From Balanoglossus misakiensis (lineage: Eukaryota > Animalia > Hemichordata), in the NCBI GenBank assembly GCA_040954595.2, contig CM082594.2, positions 1,692,247 to 1,756,246 of the forward strand: 64,000 nucleotides of DNA, given 5' to 3'. Shown piece after piece: positions 38,479-50,640 of this stretch; the stretch's first letter is position 1, and every line of letters starts with the position of its first letter. Position numbers and translations under genes: made by a program. Below the pieces are notes generated by a model. The model was not told the DNA's origin. It did not search any database and saw only the letters and a list, made by a program, of their open reading frames with translations.

Positions 38479-40739
38479 ATGGCCTCTGCAGAAACTCTTC
38501 AGGAAATGAAAACTGAAATAGAAAAATTAAAGTTGGTTATCTCTCAGAAAGAACATGAAGCCGCAGCAGCACAGGCTGATGCAGATGAATCTCAGAAAGA
38601 AATAAAGCGTCTAATTGAAGAGCAACAATATAAAGCTGGTGAAACTGGGAAAATGATGTATATGGTTCCAAGCCGAAAACTTGATCGCTTTAGAGGGAAA
38701 CCAGAAAGTAAAGGTGACCTCACTGTTGACGACTGGATTGAAGATGCCAGAGCTGTGATAGCATCCCGTTGTGTGACTAGAGCTGAACAAGCTGCTTTCA
38801 TCGTTGAACACCTTGCTGGAAAAGCACGTCGAGAAATACTTGGACGAGGGGAAGCTGTGACATCTGATCCTTTGAAGATATTTTCAGTGCTGGCAAATGT
38901 GTTTGGTGACGGTGATAGTCTACCCCAGCTACAACAACGTTTCTTCGCATATAAACAGTCTGATGGTGAAGACATTGTTACATGTTCTTTGGAACTAGTA
39001 AATTTGTATGACCATATGGTACAACTAGACTCATCCTTCAGACCGGGTGGAGAAGTTCAACTGAAAAACCGTTTGGCTGAAGCTGTACGTGATGACAATG
39101 TTCGGATGGAATTTCGACGGCTTAATGCTGATAGCCCGAGTCTTTCTTTTTTTGATGCTCGTGACCGTATCATTGAACTGATGGGCCTACGAAATTTACC
39201 TCAGAAGCCAAGACGAGATGCTAACGTCCGTGAAGTCTCAGTTGAAAGTGATGTGCATGATGTGATCCGAAAACAGGAAGAACAAATAGCAACACAACAG
39301 AAGCAGATAGAGTCTCTAATCTCCATGTTAAAGAACCCATCACATAAATCAGTTCTGAAGGAACCCACTCAACGGAAGGATGGTACACGCAGATGTTGGT
39401 CCTGTAACTCTCCAGACCACTTACGCAATTCATGGTTCCACAGCTGTCAATCACACTGAACCCTCAGCCAATCAGAGCCGAGAAAAGTCATGCTGTTCAC
39501 GCAACCGCCATTTTGTCCCACATATAATCAACAACATGGCCCAGCCTACAGTACACGCTCAGTTAGAGATAGACAGACTGGAAGTTTTTTTTTCAGTTTT
39601 AGGAACTTAATGGTTTTAAAATATCGGCCAGAATAGTGAAGAGATGCGCCTGGGGGACGTTTAAATCAGATGAAAGGTACCTTGACCCAACATCGAGTAT
39701 ATTTTTTGTTCCGTTTCCGAAGCCAAAAACGCAGAGAGAGAGGTGTCTCAGGTGGTGGATATTAAAAGTTTGTGTTTAGATTTTAAACTGACACGTCTTC
39801 AATATAAATATTCAGCAATGATTTTATTGCTAAAGTGTTTGAAAATTTTGAAATTCATATGCTGCTTGCAATTTCCATTTGACATGTCAATGTTGTTCGA
39901 CCCGTTATAAAATGTCCGGCGTTGTAAACAATGGGGCCGCGCGCTGTCAATCCAATAACGTTCACGTAGTTTTCTGACTATTTGCCGCATTATCAGTGTT
40001 TTCATCCATATTTACCTACCAAAAATATCGTCAGATGAAGTGATACCTCTTGTGTCTCATATTTCGTCTGATTTCACTCAGAAACAGCACGATAAACTTA
40101 ACCTTTGGGGCCCGTTATTACTAACAGCTGATCGTGGTTTCATGTCCGTTTGCGTGTGACCCCGACACGGGATCCCGACCGCGTAACTTGATCTGTCGAT
40201 CCTTTTAAAATAGTGCTATTTTTCGCTGAAATGTTTAAAATTCACAAAGAAGCTCACTTTCATGGACACTTGGTCTATGTATGTGATAAATATATAATTC
40301 CCCCGTATTCCTCACTCGTGTACCTGCGTCGCAAACTCGACATACCAAGTATAGCCTGCGGCCCGGGGGGATACGGCCGCTATCGTCCGCGATTCAGGCA
40401 CACTCGTTCGAAATACGGGAGAATTATACCTCATTAAACCCTTTTCCTGTGACTTCTTGGATAGGTTTTTTAAGTCTGGTAGGTAGCATACAGAAATGTC
40501 GCCAGGAACGTTGCGCAGACTATCGCTGAATGAATCTAGTTTCCCCATCCACGTTGTGGAGCTATGGAGGTCAATGTCCCACAAGCTCGAAGCTTGTGGG
40601 GCGTAGCAACAGTAACCAAGGGGGGCGTGGCTTATTACCGTAGGGTGGAACTATGAATGCATGTCCTCGGAAGAAACCCCGTAGTGAGCAATCTGCAAAG
40701 ACGTCACCACCTGGTTCCCAAATGCAGCATTTAAACTAA
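38479..40739 (+). pseudogene. gag: gag (38479-39429 joined to 40659-40739), CCHC knuckle split by an insertion
   Basis: PNMA/Arc-like capsid region 'DRFRG...DWIED...HLAGKAR'; reconstructed knuckle CWSCNSPDHLRNAC = CX2CX4HX4C. Confidence 0.9.
39430..40656. mobile_element. Unclassified non-autonomous DNA transposon, 12-bp TIR TCATRGTTCCAC, AT target duplication
   Basis: TCATGGTTCCAC...GTGGAACTATGA flanked by AT/AT; excision restores the gag zinc knuckle in frame. Confidence 0.82.
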
Positions 40740-40771
40740 CCCAACCTACTGCTGAGAGCCGCGTGGTAGGT
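40730..40771 (+). promoter_or_regulatory. -1 programmed ribosomal frameshift signal (T TTA AAC plus stem-loop)
   Basis: Heptamer at 40730-40736 immediately before the gag TAA; hairpin ACCTACTGC/GTGGTAGGT 7 nt downstream; pol is in the -1 frame. Confidence 0.85.
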
Positions 40772-41923
40772 GAGACAACTATTGACGGAGGCTCAATTGT
40801 ACATAGAGCTGTTGGAGATTGTCCTGTTGCTACAGTCAAGCTTGGACATACTGAAGTCGGATGTTTAATCGACACTGGTGCGGAGGTGTCAACAGTGACT
40901 GAACATTTCTTTAAAGAGCACCTAGCTCATGAGGGAAAGTTAATAGATGTCACGTCATTTATCCAGATTTCTGCGTCCCAAGGATTAGAGATTCCATACA
41001 TTGGCTATGTAGAGCTTTCCGTCACAGTATGTAATCACACGTTCCCTAACTTAGGATTTCTTGTGGTACGTGATCCAATCGACACTCCAGTTGAGACACG
41101 TAAGAAGAAAATACCAGGTGTGCTTGGATCCAATGTGTTTAGAGATGTACGAAAAACACTTATAGACGAGTATGGTGATAACTATGTGGAGGAGTTATCA
41201 AAAACACTGTGTGCTGATGACATCAAATTCCTTCATGTGTTGGAGGTTTACCCATCAAAAGCTGTGAACCAGGAGACAGTTGTGACGACCTCACATGTCA
41301 GACCAGTTCGAATTGCTGCTAGGGGGCCTGTATTGATTCCTGCTCGTACTATTCGTGTGATCGAAGGTTCAATTCAACCTGCTGCACCAGGACAGATATA
41401 CCATGCACTTTTGGAGAGACATATTGCTCATGTCGCTGATTTACCAAGTGGAATAGCCTTAGGTGCAACCTATGTTTCTGTTGACAGGACTGGCAGAGTT
41501 CCTATGCAAGTGGCTAACTTTAGTGACACTGATACTTACCTGTTACCACGCACTCCAATTGGTATGATTAAGCCTGCCTTGATAGAGCCAACCATTGAAT
41601 TCTGTACTGTTAGTGAGAATGAGGTACAAGTCAAGAACAATGCTGTTTCCAACGTTGTTACCCCTATACTGTGCAGAACCTGATGTCCAGAATGGATGTT
41701 GGTGATATTAGTCAGAATCAGCGAGAAGAGTTGCATGAATTGATCAGAAAATATGAATCAGTGTACAGTAAAGATGAGGATGACATTGGTTACTGTGACA
41801 TTGTACAACACAAGATTATCACAACTGATGACAAACCAGTAAAGTTACCCCATCGTAGAGTACCACCACACCAGTGGGATAAAGTCCGTGAATATATTAG
41901 CAAATCGTTGGAGCGTGGCATTA

Positions 41924-43981
41924 GGCTGGGCAAATTCAAAATTATGTTTGACGTCAGCGCGCGCCTAGGTTTACGAGAAATTTCGCAAATACAAACAAAT
42001 ATGCAAATGAGGTCAAACGGGGTCATTGATGTCATATGTCTGTTCGTCTCACTGTTTCCTCGTATCGACCGTGGTTGTTGCGTGACGAGAACGTGTCGTC
42101 TGTAGGTTTCAAAGTCGCCTGTGGGTAAAATTGGAGAAAGATGGCAAAAGATGTGCAGAAAACAAGAGTACGCGAAATTATAAGTTGCAGAGTTACACAG
42201 AACAAGAAGGTGGCAATGGATTGGTATGCCTTCGAAGTCAGTCCAAATGACAGCTTCGCTGCGCTGTACAAAGGGCTAGTTCTCCTTAGTCAGACTAAAC
42301 ACGATCGGTTCAAAACAAAAATTGCAAAAGATGGCAGAACGTCTTGTTACCTGTTACAGTCGGAAAAATGTGGTGAAGGTGAGAAGATAGAGGTGTGTCC
42401 ACGATTGTCTATCGCAAAAACGTGTGATCGGTTCCACAAGTATTACATTCTTTTTTATGTAAAATCAAAGGGAGACGAAAATACCAACGCTGACGTAGTG
42501 CAAACTCAGAACGATGTCTATAGACCAGTCAGAATTATGGAGGTACCTCCATGGTCAGAATGAAAGGTGATTTCAAGGCTGTCCATGTGATCCAAGGTTA
42601 GTAAAACATTATTTTATTTACAATTTTGTTGTATGTCAGTGAATAAATGTTGTGTATGACCATACTGCAGCCCAGAACAAGTTGCCAGAGCCAATTTGTT
42701 GCATTCCACATATAGACTGAAAACAAATTTGCTAAAATAAATTTTGTTTGAGTAGAATTACAAACTCTGATTTTTGTGTTATTTAGTAGCACAGAACTTG
42801 GCACTATTCTGTTATAACTCTAAAGCTTTGCCTTCTGTAGTGCTGGCCTAAGTAAGTACAGTTTATGCTGTAGTACCTGTACAGGTCATGTAAACCTCCA
42901 TTTAATTTGTACTTTTTTCTTTGCAATAGATCCTGTTCCGGATGAAAGAGGGGACCACTTTGAAAGGTTTACAGAAGTCTAAGGCAGACCAACACGTGAA
43001 ATTAATTGCCCCAGCAGAAAGGGACTGGTACTTGATGCAGAAAACATCAACTTCAGGCTGAGTGGTGAAAAGTTGGAGCTGTGGACTGGTGCCCTGCATA
43101 GATTGCGAAAAGCCCGGGTATGGTAAAGCATTGTACACAGTACTATATTGGACATTTTAATATCCATTGTAAATTGGATATATCTTTCTCATTTGTCAAT
43201 TAACCACACTGCAAGCCATACAATGTAGTAAATACTGTGTATTGTGAAAAAAGTGAAGAGAAAGGGACTGAACCTCGTACACTGAGACATGAACAGTGTC
43301 TTGTTATGTGTTTTCTATGTATATGTACATGTATATAAAAAAATAATACAACTAAGACTTCTCTGTTTTTTATTTCTCTTTGATAGGCGTATTTATCTGC
43401 AAAGAGGCTTGATTCACAGCAAAAAAAAAAACAGCAACTTCAGGTATTCCTAGATGATGGTCTTTATACCTGTGGCGGGGTACTTGTACAACCAAGTCAT
43501 CCTCTCTATGGAACGTGTGTTGTGAGCCAGAATCAGAGTTAAATTTGTTAAATTTTCAACTGTTAAATTTTCAACAGTTCCACTTCGCCAGAAAATGTTG
43601 TGTTTTGACTGTTGTCATGAGCAAGTTGTACAGAACAGATGGACTTCATCAAATGGAAATTGTGACTGTCAAAGTGTTTGGCTGAAACTTTTTTCAATAA
43701 AATTGTTCAACTGATATATGCGTATGTGCATTAATATTGAATTTACTGTTTACTCAGTATCTTTGAACGTGACACTGTAAACGTCTGTGGAATAATTTAG
43801 ATGTAAAATATGTTTAAAGTTTAAGGACAAGGTTTTCTACAATGGATATTTGCTTTCAATTTCTCATAATATCTCATTTGCATATTTTGGAATATATAAT
43901 TAGTTTGTTTTGTAAACCGCCCCCCTCATAGGTTTTGGGGTCTTGGGGTGACGTCAAACATAGTTTTGAATTTGTGCAGCC
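41924..43981 (+). mobile_element. Non-autonomous Zator-like (or Harbinger) element, 33-bp TIRs, TTA TSD
   Basis: GGCTGGGCAAATTCAAAATTATGTTTGACGTCA vs GGCTGCACAAATTCAAAACTATGTTTGACGTCA; TTA at 41921-41923 and 43982-43984; restores GIIRES. Internal remnants 'CIDCEKP' and 'FLDDGLYTCGG' resemble Zator C-termini; ORF 42141-42563. Confidence 0.82.
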
Positions 43982-44827
43982 TTATCCGGGAATCGTCGAG
44001 TCCATTTGCATCGCCAGTAGTCCTAGTTCGAAAGAAGGATGGCAAACTGCGACTTTGTGTGGACTATCGCTCATTGAATGCAAAAACTCACAAAGATGCG
44101 TATCCATTACCCAGAATTGATGAGGCATTGGATGTGTTAAATGGAGCCAAGTACTTCTGTAGCCTAGATCTTGCGCATGGCTATCATCAGATTCCTGTGT
44201 ACGAGGAACATGTTGAGAAGACTGCCTTCAGGACAGGAACTGGTGGACTTTATGAATTTGTGAGAATGCCTTTCGGGTTATGTAATGCACCCGCGACCTT
44301 TATGAGATTAATGGACAAGGCGTTTGGAGACCTTAATTTCCAGATTCTGCTCGTCTACCTGGACGATATCTTGGTGTTTGGTTCCACTTTTGAGGAGGCC
44401 CTAACCAGACTTGATACAGTTCTTTCTCGTCTCAGCAACCTGAACCTCAAGGTCAAGCCTGAGATGTGTCAACTGTTTCGTACCAAGGTTCACTACCTTG
44501 GGCATGTGGTTACCAGTGAAGGGACATTACCAGATCCTGGAAAAGTTCGTGCTGTAGCAGATTGGCCCCGACCAGAGACAGAAAATGAACTTCGTCGATT
44601 TCTTGGTCTCTCCAGCTATTACAGGAGGTTTGTCAAAGGCTATGCAAGTATTGCGGCACCACTACACGACCTGTTAAAGACGTCTGAAGTTGAAGAAAAG
44701 ACGAAGGAAGTTAGAAAGAGAAGAAAGTCAGACAAGCTTTCCAGGAATATTAAAGACGTCTGGGACCATTCCTGTGAAGAAGCATTCAACACTCTCAAAC
44801 AGATGTTGACTTCCGCACCTATACTTG

Positions 44828-46402
44828 CCCTTATGAAAATATAGGCCTTGTCGCGATATATTGCAGCAGCTCTACAGCAGGTTTGCTGCAGCTCTACAGC
44901 AGGTAGACGCAGCAGAGCCGTTTTTTCGCATGCAAATTAGGTGATTCTGCAGAGCTGCCGCAGAGACTGCCGCATCCTTGCCGCAGCCAGTTGCACTGAT
45001 GCTGAAAAATGCATACAGACATTTATGTATGCATGGCATACACATACATGTACGCACTTGATTAATATATAATTATAAGAGATCATATTTTACATCACTA
45101 TCATGGAGTATTTCACATAGAACAGCAAAATTTAGTTCAGGACAAAAACAGCCGTAATGCAGAAACAAAAATTTCTAAGGGGTCAAAGTTGTAATCATTT
45201 TATGTAAAGTTATGGAATACTAACAACATGGCGGCATAACAGTGTGATTCAATCGTATTTATTGAAGTCAGGGGGGAAAAACGGAAGTTTTTACGAGTTT
45301 TTGGCTGTGTTAACTGAACACGGACACATTTAATTTATTGAAGAAGGGCTTACAAATGAACAAGATGTTTCTTTTTCTCGCTTGCTTGGATAACACGGAC
45401 GCAAAGTACAGTAAGCATGCAGTGTACAGGAAACAGTTTGGTATGCATACCATCTTTTTGAGACAGACTGTCGAGCCTTTTATTTTATCAACAGTTGATT
45501 TTAGCATTGATAGCAATAGATTTTCATGGTGGCCGGCAACAGATGCTGCCAGACGCTGATCTGTTCTGATCGTCGGACAGGGCCATCCAACACCAATCGG
45601 CAAAATCAACCAAACCCAGCCCTGCCCGTAAATGCCTGAATAAGTTCAGCCATAAAAATATCTCAACATCGATCATCAACATCACTACGTTACTCAAATA
45701 ACAAGTTACGAATAAATCCAGTAAAAAATGTGTCAAACAATCAATGTATAAAAAATGTATAAAAAATGTAATGCCTGCCTAGCTTGAACTTGAAGAAACT
45801 TGGGATCTATCATCTAGCTGTCTTCCCTTTCCAAGTTCTGTAAAATATTTTCAGATGTACACTTGAATGATCAGTGTCTTCTGCTGTACCTCCGTGTTGG
45901 CATCTGGTACATCCAAAAGCATTAAATGAAAGACAGTCCACCTGAACATACTCATGATGTAGCAGCTAGCTGGAGACACTTGTAGTTTGAAGCTTGCAAG
46001 TTTAGAAAATGGCGGCAAAATGACTTTGGCCAATTACTAGCTTTGTTTCACATCACCTGATATCAATTAAGGTCAACCAAAGTTGGAGGTCAATTCTTGT
46101 GTCCCTGCTGCATGGATTTGTACTTTGAGAATTATTCTTGCATCATTTCTGCATAGAGAAAAGCCTTGCATCTTTGCGGCTACTTTGCGGCAAGCTCTTG
46201 TGTCCTTATTGCAAAGATTACCACCTCTACTGTAGAGCCACATTTAGTTGCGACCTGCCGCATTGCCTCTGCTGCAGAGACACTCTCTGCGAGAACACCA
46301 CAGCGTGTCTGCAAGAGCACCACAATGCCTTCACAGCAGAACTGCTGCAGAGCTGCTGAAGGCTGCTGCAGAGCTGCTGCTTTGTTGGCATTTTTGTAAG
46401 GG
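44828..46402. mobile_element. Non-autonomous CMC/EnSpm-like element, CCC...GGG ends, 2-bp TSD
   Basis: CCCTTATGAAAA / TTTTTGTAAGGG; TG at 44826-44827 and 46403-46404; subterminal GCAGAGCTGC/GCAGCTCT repeats; excision restores APILGYPDF. Confidence 0.85.
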
Positions 46403-48301
46403 TGGGTATCCAGATTTCCATTTACCATTTATACTTGAGACAGATGCTAGTATGCATGGTTTAGGAGCTGTCCTTTCCCAGAAACAAGGAGACAGAATCG
46501 TTGTCCTTGGCTATGCAAGTCGAAGCTTAAAGCCCCATGAACGGAATATGCAAAACTACTCCAGTATGAAATTGGAACTTCTTGCATTGAGATGGGCAAT
46601 AACGCAGAAGTTTCGAGACCTGTTGACTGGAGCAGAATTTGTTGTGTATACGGACAATAATCCTTTAAGCTACTTGCTGACGTCAGCCAAGCTGGGAGCA
46701 ACGGAGACTCGGTGGGCAGCTGTACATGACCAGGTTGGACACCAAGCTGCTGAAAAGACTATGGCTTTGTTGAAAACCAGATGCTACTGGCCCGGAATGT
46801 TGGCAGAAGTGACCGAGTACTGTCAACGATGTCAAGGCTGTACATTGGCTAAAGCAGGGAAGAAACTTCACCCCACCATGGGATCCTTGACTGCTAATAG
46901 GCCACTCGAAGTGTTAGCTGTAGACTTTACTGTGTTGGAACCAAGTTCCAATGGCTTCGAAAATGTACTCGTGCTGACAGACGTATTCACAAAGTTCACG
47001 CAAGCTATTCCGACTCGTGACCAGAAGGCAACGACTGTGGCCCGTGTTTTAGTGCGTGATTGGTTTGTTCGGTTCGGAGAACCTCGAAGGATACATAGTG
47101 ATCAAGGCCGGAATTTTGAGAGCAAAGTTATTCAAGAACTCTGTAAATTGTATGGGATTACCAAAAGTCGTACTACTGCCTATCACCCTGAGGGCAATGG
47201 ACAGTGTGAACGATTTAATCGCACTCTCCACGATCGTTTGCGTACACTGACTCCAGAGAAGAAACGCAGATGGACTGAGTTCCTACCTGAACTTGTTTAT
47301 GCCTACAATAGCACACCCCACTCCACTACTGGCTATTCACCACATTATTTGTTTTTTGGTAGAGAGCCTACACTACCCATGGACCATTTACTTGGAACTG
47401 CTCCAGATAGTACTGATAGTGATAGTGATATCGTAGAAGAGTGGATTGCTGAACATTATGAGAGACTGATGGATGCATACAAACTCGCCTCACAAAGGAC
47501 AGAGATAGAAGTTTTGCGGAGAAAGACTAGATGTGACCGTAAAGCTACCAACACTGATTTACCAATAGGAACACGAGTATTCCTTAGAAACTGGACTACC
47601 AGAGGGAGGAATAAAATCCAAGATGTATGGAGTCCAGAACCCCATAGAGTTATTGACCGACTTGCTACAGGCGGACATACATATGTCGTAGAACCAGTTG
47701 ATGGAGGATGTCAGAAAACCGTCAATAGGAAAGAGTTGCTAGATGCTAGAAGCCTTGTGAAAGAAATGAAGCTCTGTGATGATACTGGCGGTGATGAACC
47801 AGAAGAGTTGTCCTGTAATGATTCCGATGACGACGAGTGTGACTATGGTGTTGACATACAACATTGGAATACAATTTGTGGTACACAGTCTGGTAACGCA
47901 CCAGATAGTATGGGTATGACTCACCTTGGCTCAGTTAGAGATGATACTCCATGTACCAGACAGACAGAGTCCCCGACTGATGATATACCCAGTGCTTCAT
48001 TCAAAGCAGGGAAGCAAACCTCCAGTACCTTGACAGATACTACGACTGTGACTGGCACATCAGATGCACTTACTCAGCCTACTGCACCAGCAGGACTTAG
48101 ACGTACAAGCCGTGCGAATGCTGGTCAGCATTACAACCCACATCACTTGCCAAGATCAGCAATTAGAGAAGCAACCGCTTCATTACGTGTAGATGAACAA
48201 GTGTTTAACTGATATTGCTAAAACAAACCTTTTAATTATGCAGATGTTATCTACTATTGCGCACGACTGATTGTTTGATGGTTGATGGGACACTAACCAT
48301 T

Positions 48302-48314
48302 AAGCAGGGAAGTG
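48302..48314 (+). promoter_or_regulatory. Polypurine tract
   Basis: AAGCAGGGAAGTG immediately before the TG start of the 3' LTR. Confidence 0.7.
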
Positions 48315-49522
48315 TGTGAGGATATAAAACCATAAGTGTCGTGTGAGGGCACTATAATTTGTGCGCATGCGCAGACAGTGTTTTTCTTGCTATAGTACAT
48401 GTACTTACCTTGTAACCCTGTCATTCGATCACTGAATTTCATCCGGAGCCATCCACTTTGTGGTGAGCGCTGCTACTTTGTACTTACCTTGTGAGATTCA
48501 ACCATTGAATTTCATCCGGCGACATCCACTTTGTGGCCAGCATTGTTACTTTGATAACTACACATACTTGTTTGGTAAGATGTTATGTTTTTGTCAAGAG
48601 TAATTTGTAATATATTTCTTGTATTTATTTGATATTTGCTGCATTTCGGTACAGACAACTTTGTACATATGATGTTACACGTGGCGTCCATGTGCGTACA
48701 ATAATTTCAGTGAAAGTCTTATCTATTTTTGTCTGTAAGTTTGAATGTTCATAAAAAGTAATTTAGAGTTGTTTTACATTGATTGATGAATCCAGCTTCA
48801 TTTAATATCGATATTTGCAGTAAATATGAACAGACTATTTCTGTATTCCGTGAAATGCATGGTTCTTGCTCAGCAACTTACACAGCGGTCTATTGTTTGT
48901 ACAGGACAGTCGTACGAGCAGATTTGGACTGTTGGTTGGTTACCCATTGATTGCTTTACTTACCTGTTAGTCAGGGTGAGTGAATTGTACCTTTTAAACA
49001 GACTTACCTGGTTTTGTCTAATTTGCTGTTATTTACTGTAATTCTGAATACTTGAAATAGTACTGCACAATGCATATATTATCAGTACAGTGTCATGATT
49101 TATACTATGATGAAGCCATGTTGACGTTATGTTTACAATTCATCAGTATATTAGCATCTCCCTGATGTTGAGAACTGTATTGTAATTTCATTGATTTACC
49201 TGAATATTTTTGTGTATGTATTTACTTGTGTCTTAGTCACTGACGCTTAGTCTGACCATGAGTAATGGGGAAATACACTGACACTGCAATCTTTATTTCT
49301 TTGCAGGTTCTTTGTTGTTGCGTAGTTGTTTGGTTGTGGTACTTGTTTTCAAGTCACTTACAGTTTACTATACAAGTCTCGCTCCTGTCAAAACCACTTA
49401 TGGTCTATCATTATCCAAATTGAACCATTGTAATGTGTGACTGCATATGGAAGCTGGAATAAAAGTGCTCATTGGAATTGAACTCTAACCGTGGTGTGCG
49501 TGTCCAATGTTCCTGTGTTACA
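48315..49522 (+). repeat. 3' LTR (~1.2 kb)
   Basis: TG...CA ends, AATAAA near the end, second half matches the 5' LTR remnant; start could be 48313. Confidence 0.9.
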
Positions 49523-49555
49523 TATACTTTATTGATTTATTTGACGACATTTTAC

Positions 49556-49815
49556 AGTAATCATTTCATGCACAGGTGAATATGGTCAACTAATCAGACC
49601 AACTTTCTCACAGAGAATAGATTACAATCCAATCATTTCATGTTCCACAGAGTAAAGTCAACCAATCAGATACAAGTTTACAGAAATAACGGTTACAGTC
49701 CCAATCATTTAATGTACAGGTGCGTGAATGTAGTAAACGAATCAAATGAACTCTTACAGACAGAAGAGATTACAATCTGATCCAATCATTTCATACAGGT
49801 GAGTATGGTCAACCA
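49556..49815. repeat. Degenerate ~70-80-bp tandem repeat
   Basis: AATCATTTCAT..ACAGGTGA.TATGGTCAAC motif recurs about 4 times. Confidence 0.6.
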
Positions 49816-50041
49816 CAAATTGCAACTAAAATAAAACGAGCTCTGCTAAACACAATGTTTGACCTTAAAGGCTCTTGAGCTGCAAATGGAAAAAAAACAT
49901 TAAGCTTTAAATAGTTCCGGATATGCTTTTAATTCTGTTTATTAAAGAGAAGACACCGTTTATGTTAATATATATGTGGATATATAGTGAATGAACGTTC
50001 AACCACACACACCTTCCATCCCACTTGTAGACACGAGAGTG

Positions 50042-50640
50042 AAAAAATCGCGTCAAGGACACGGTGGTCCCATTGAGTGATTACACAAGAAAAAGTCTAC
50101 ACCGGAGCACATGGCCATATACAGACAGACAGGCACACACGTGCACACACACACACACATAGCGAGAGATCAATGGGCAAACACTGACTGACCCATAAGC
50201 TGCCAATGGCATATGTACTGTACATAAACTAAATAGAACAGCTGGCCTCTTTAAAACTTAGCCAGTTATGTAATCATTCAGGAATTGGCTGTGTTTATAT
50301 GAATCACAGGATGGGGGCTTCCTGCCTCATTAAAACAACTCAATATTAAAGTAAATACACATCACTTTGCAAAGCAATCTGACCAGTAGTTCGTGAGTTA
50401 CTGAGTTTTGCCCAAATTCACATTTTTCCAGTTAATTTGCATATTTTTGGCAATGACAACTTCATTTGAACAAACTCCCATCTACAGCCCAGCCTGCATC
50501 AGCACACCAAATATCAAGGTGATACACGCAGCGGTTTTCAGGTTTTTGATGTGGACGGACATACATCCATCCATCCATCCATACATACAGACGCAACCGA
50601 TCCCATAAGGTCCCATGGTACATACCAATGGGACCGAAAA
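50042..50640 (-). mobile_element. HINE/Helentron-like element, same family as 25576-26945
   Basis: Reverse complement shares GGTCCCATTGGTA..TACCATGGGACCTTATGGGATCGGTTGCG, (TGGA)n, and the 3' AATGGGACCACCGTGTCCTTGACGC end. Confidence 0.75.

Larger units (their letters stand above)
40730..48212 (+). pseudogene. pol: pol: protease, reverse transcriptase, RNase H, integrase (interrupted)
   Basis: PR 'LIDTGAEVS'; RT 'LCVDYR..LN', 'YLDDILV'; RH 'ETDAS', 'ELLA', 'YTDNNPL'; IN 'HDQVGH...CQRCQGC', 'AVDF', 'HSDQG', 'NGQCERFN'. Frameshift at ~41650-41683, apparent deletion at the RH/IN junction (~46720), insertions at 41924 and 44828. Confidence 0.95.
37052..49522 (+). mobile_element. Ty3/Gypsy LTR retrotransposon with three nested DNA transposons
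   Basis: LTRs, PBS, gag, PR-RT-RH-IN domain order, PPT. Confidence 0.96.
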
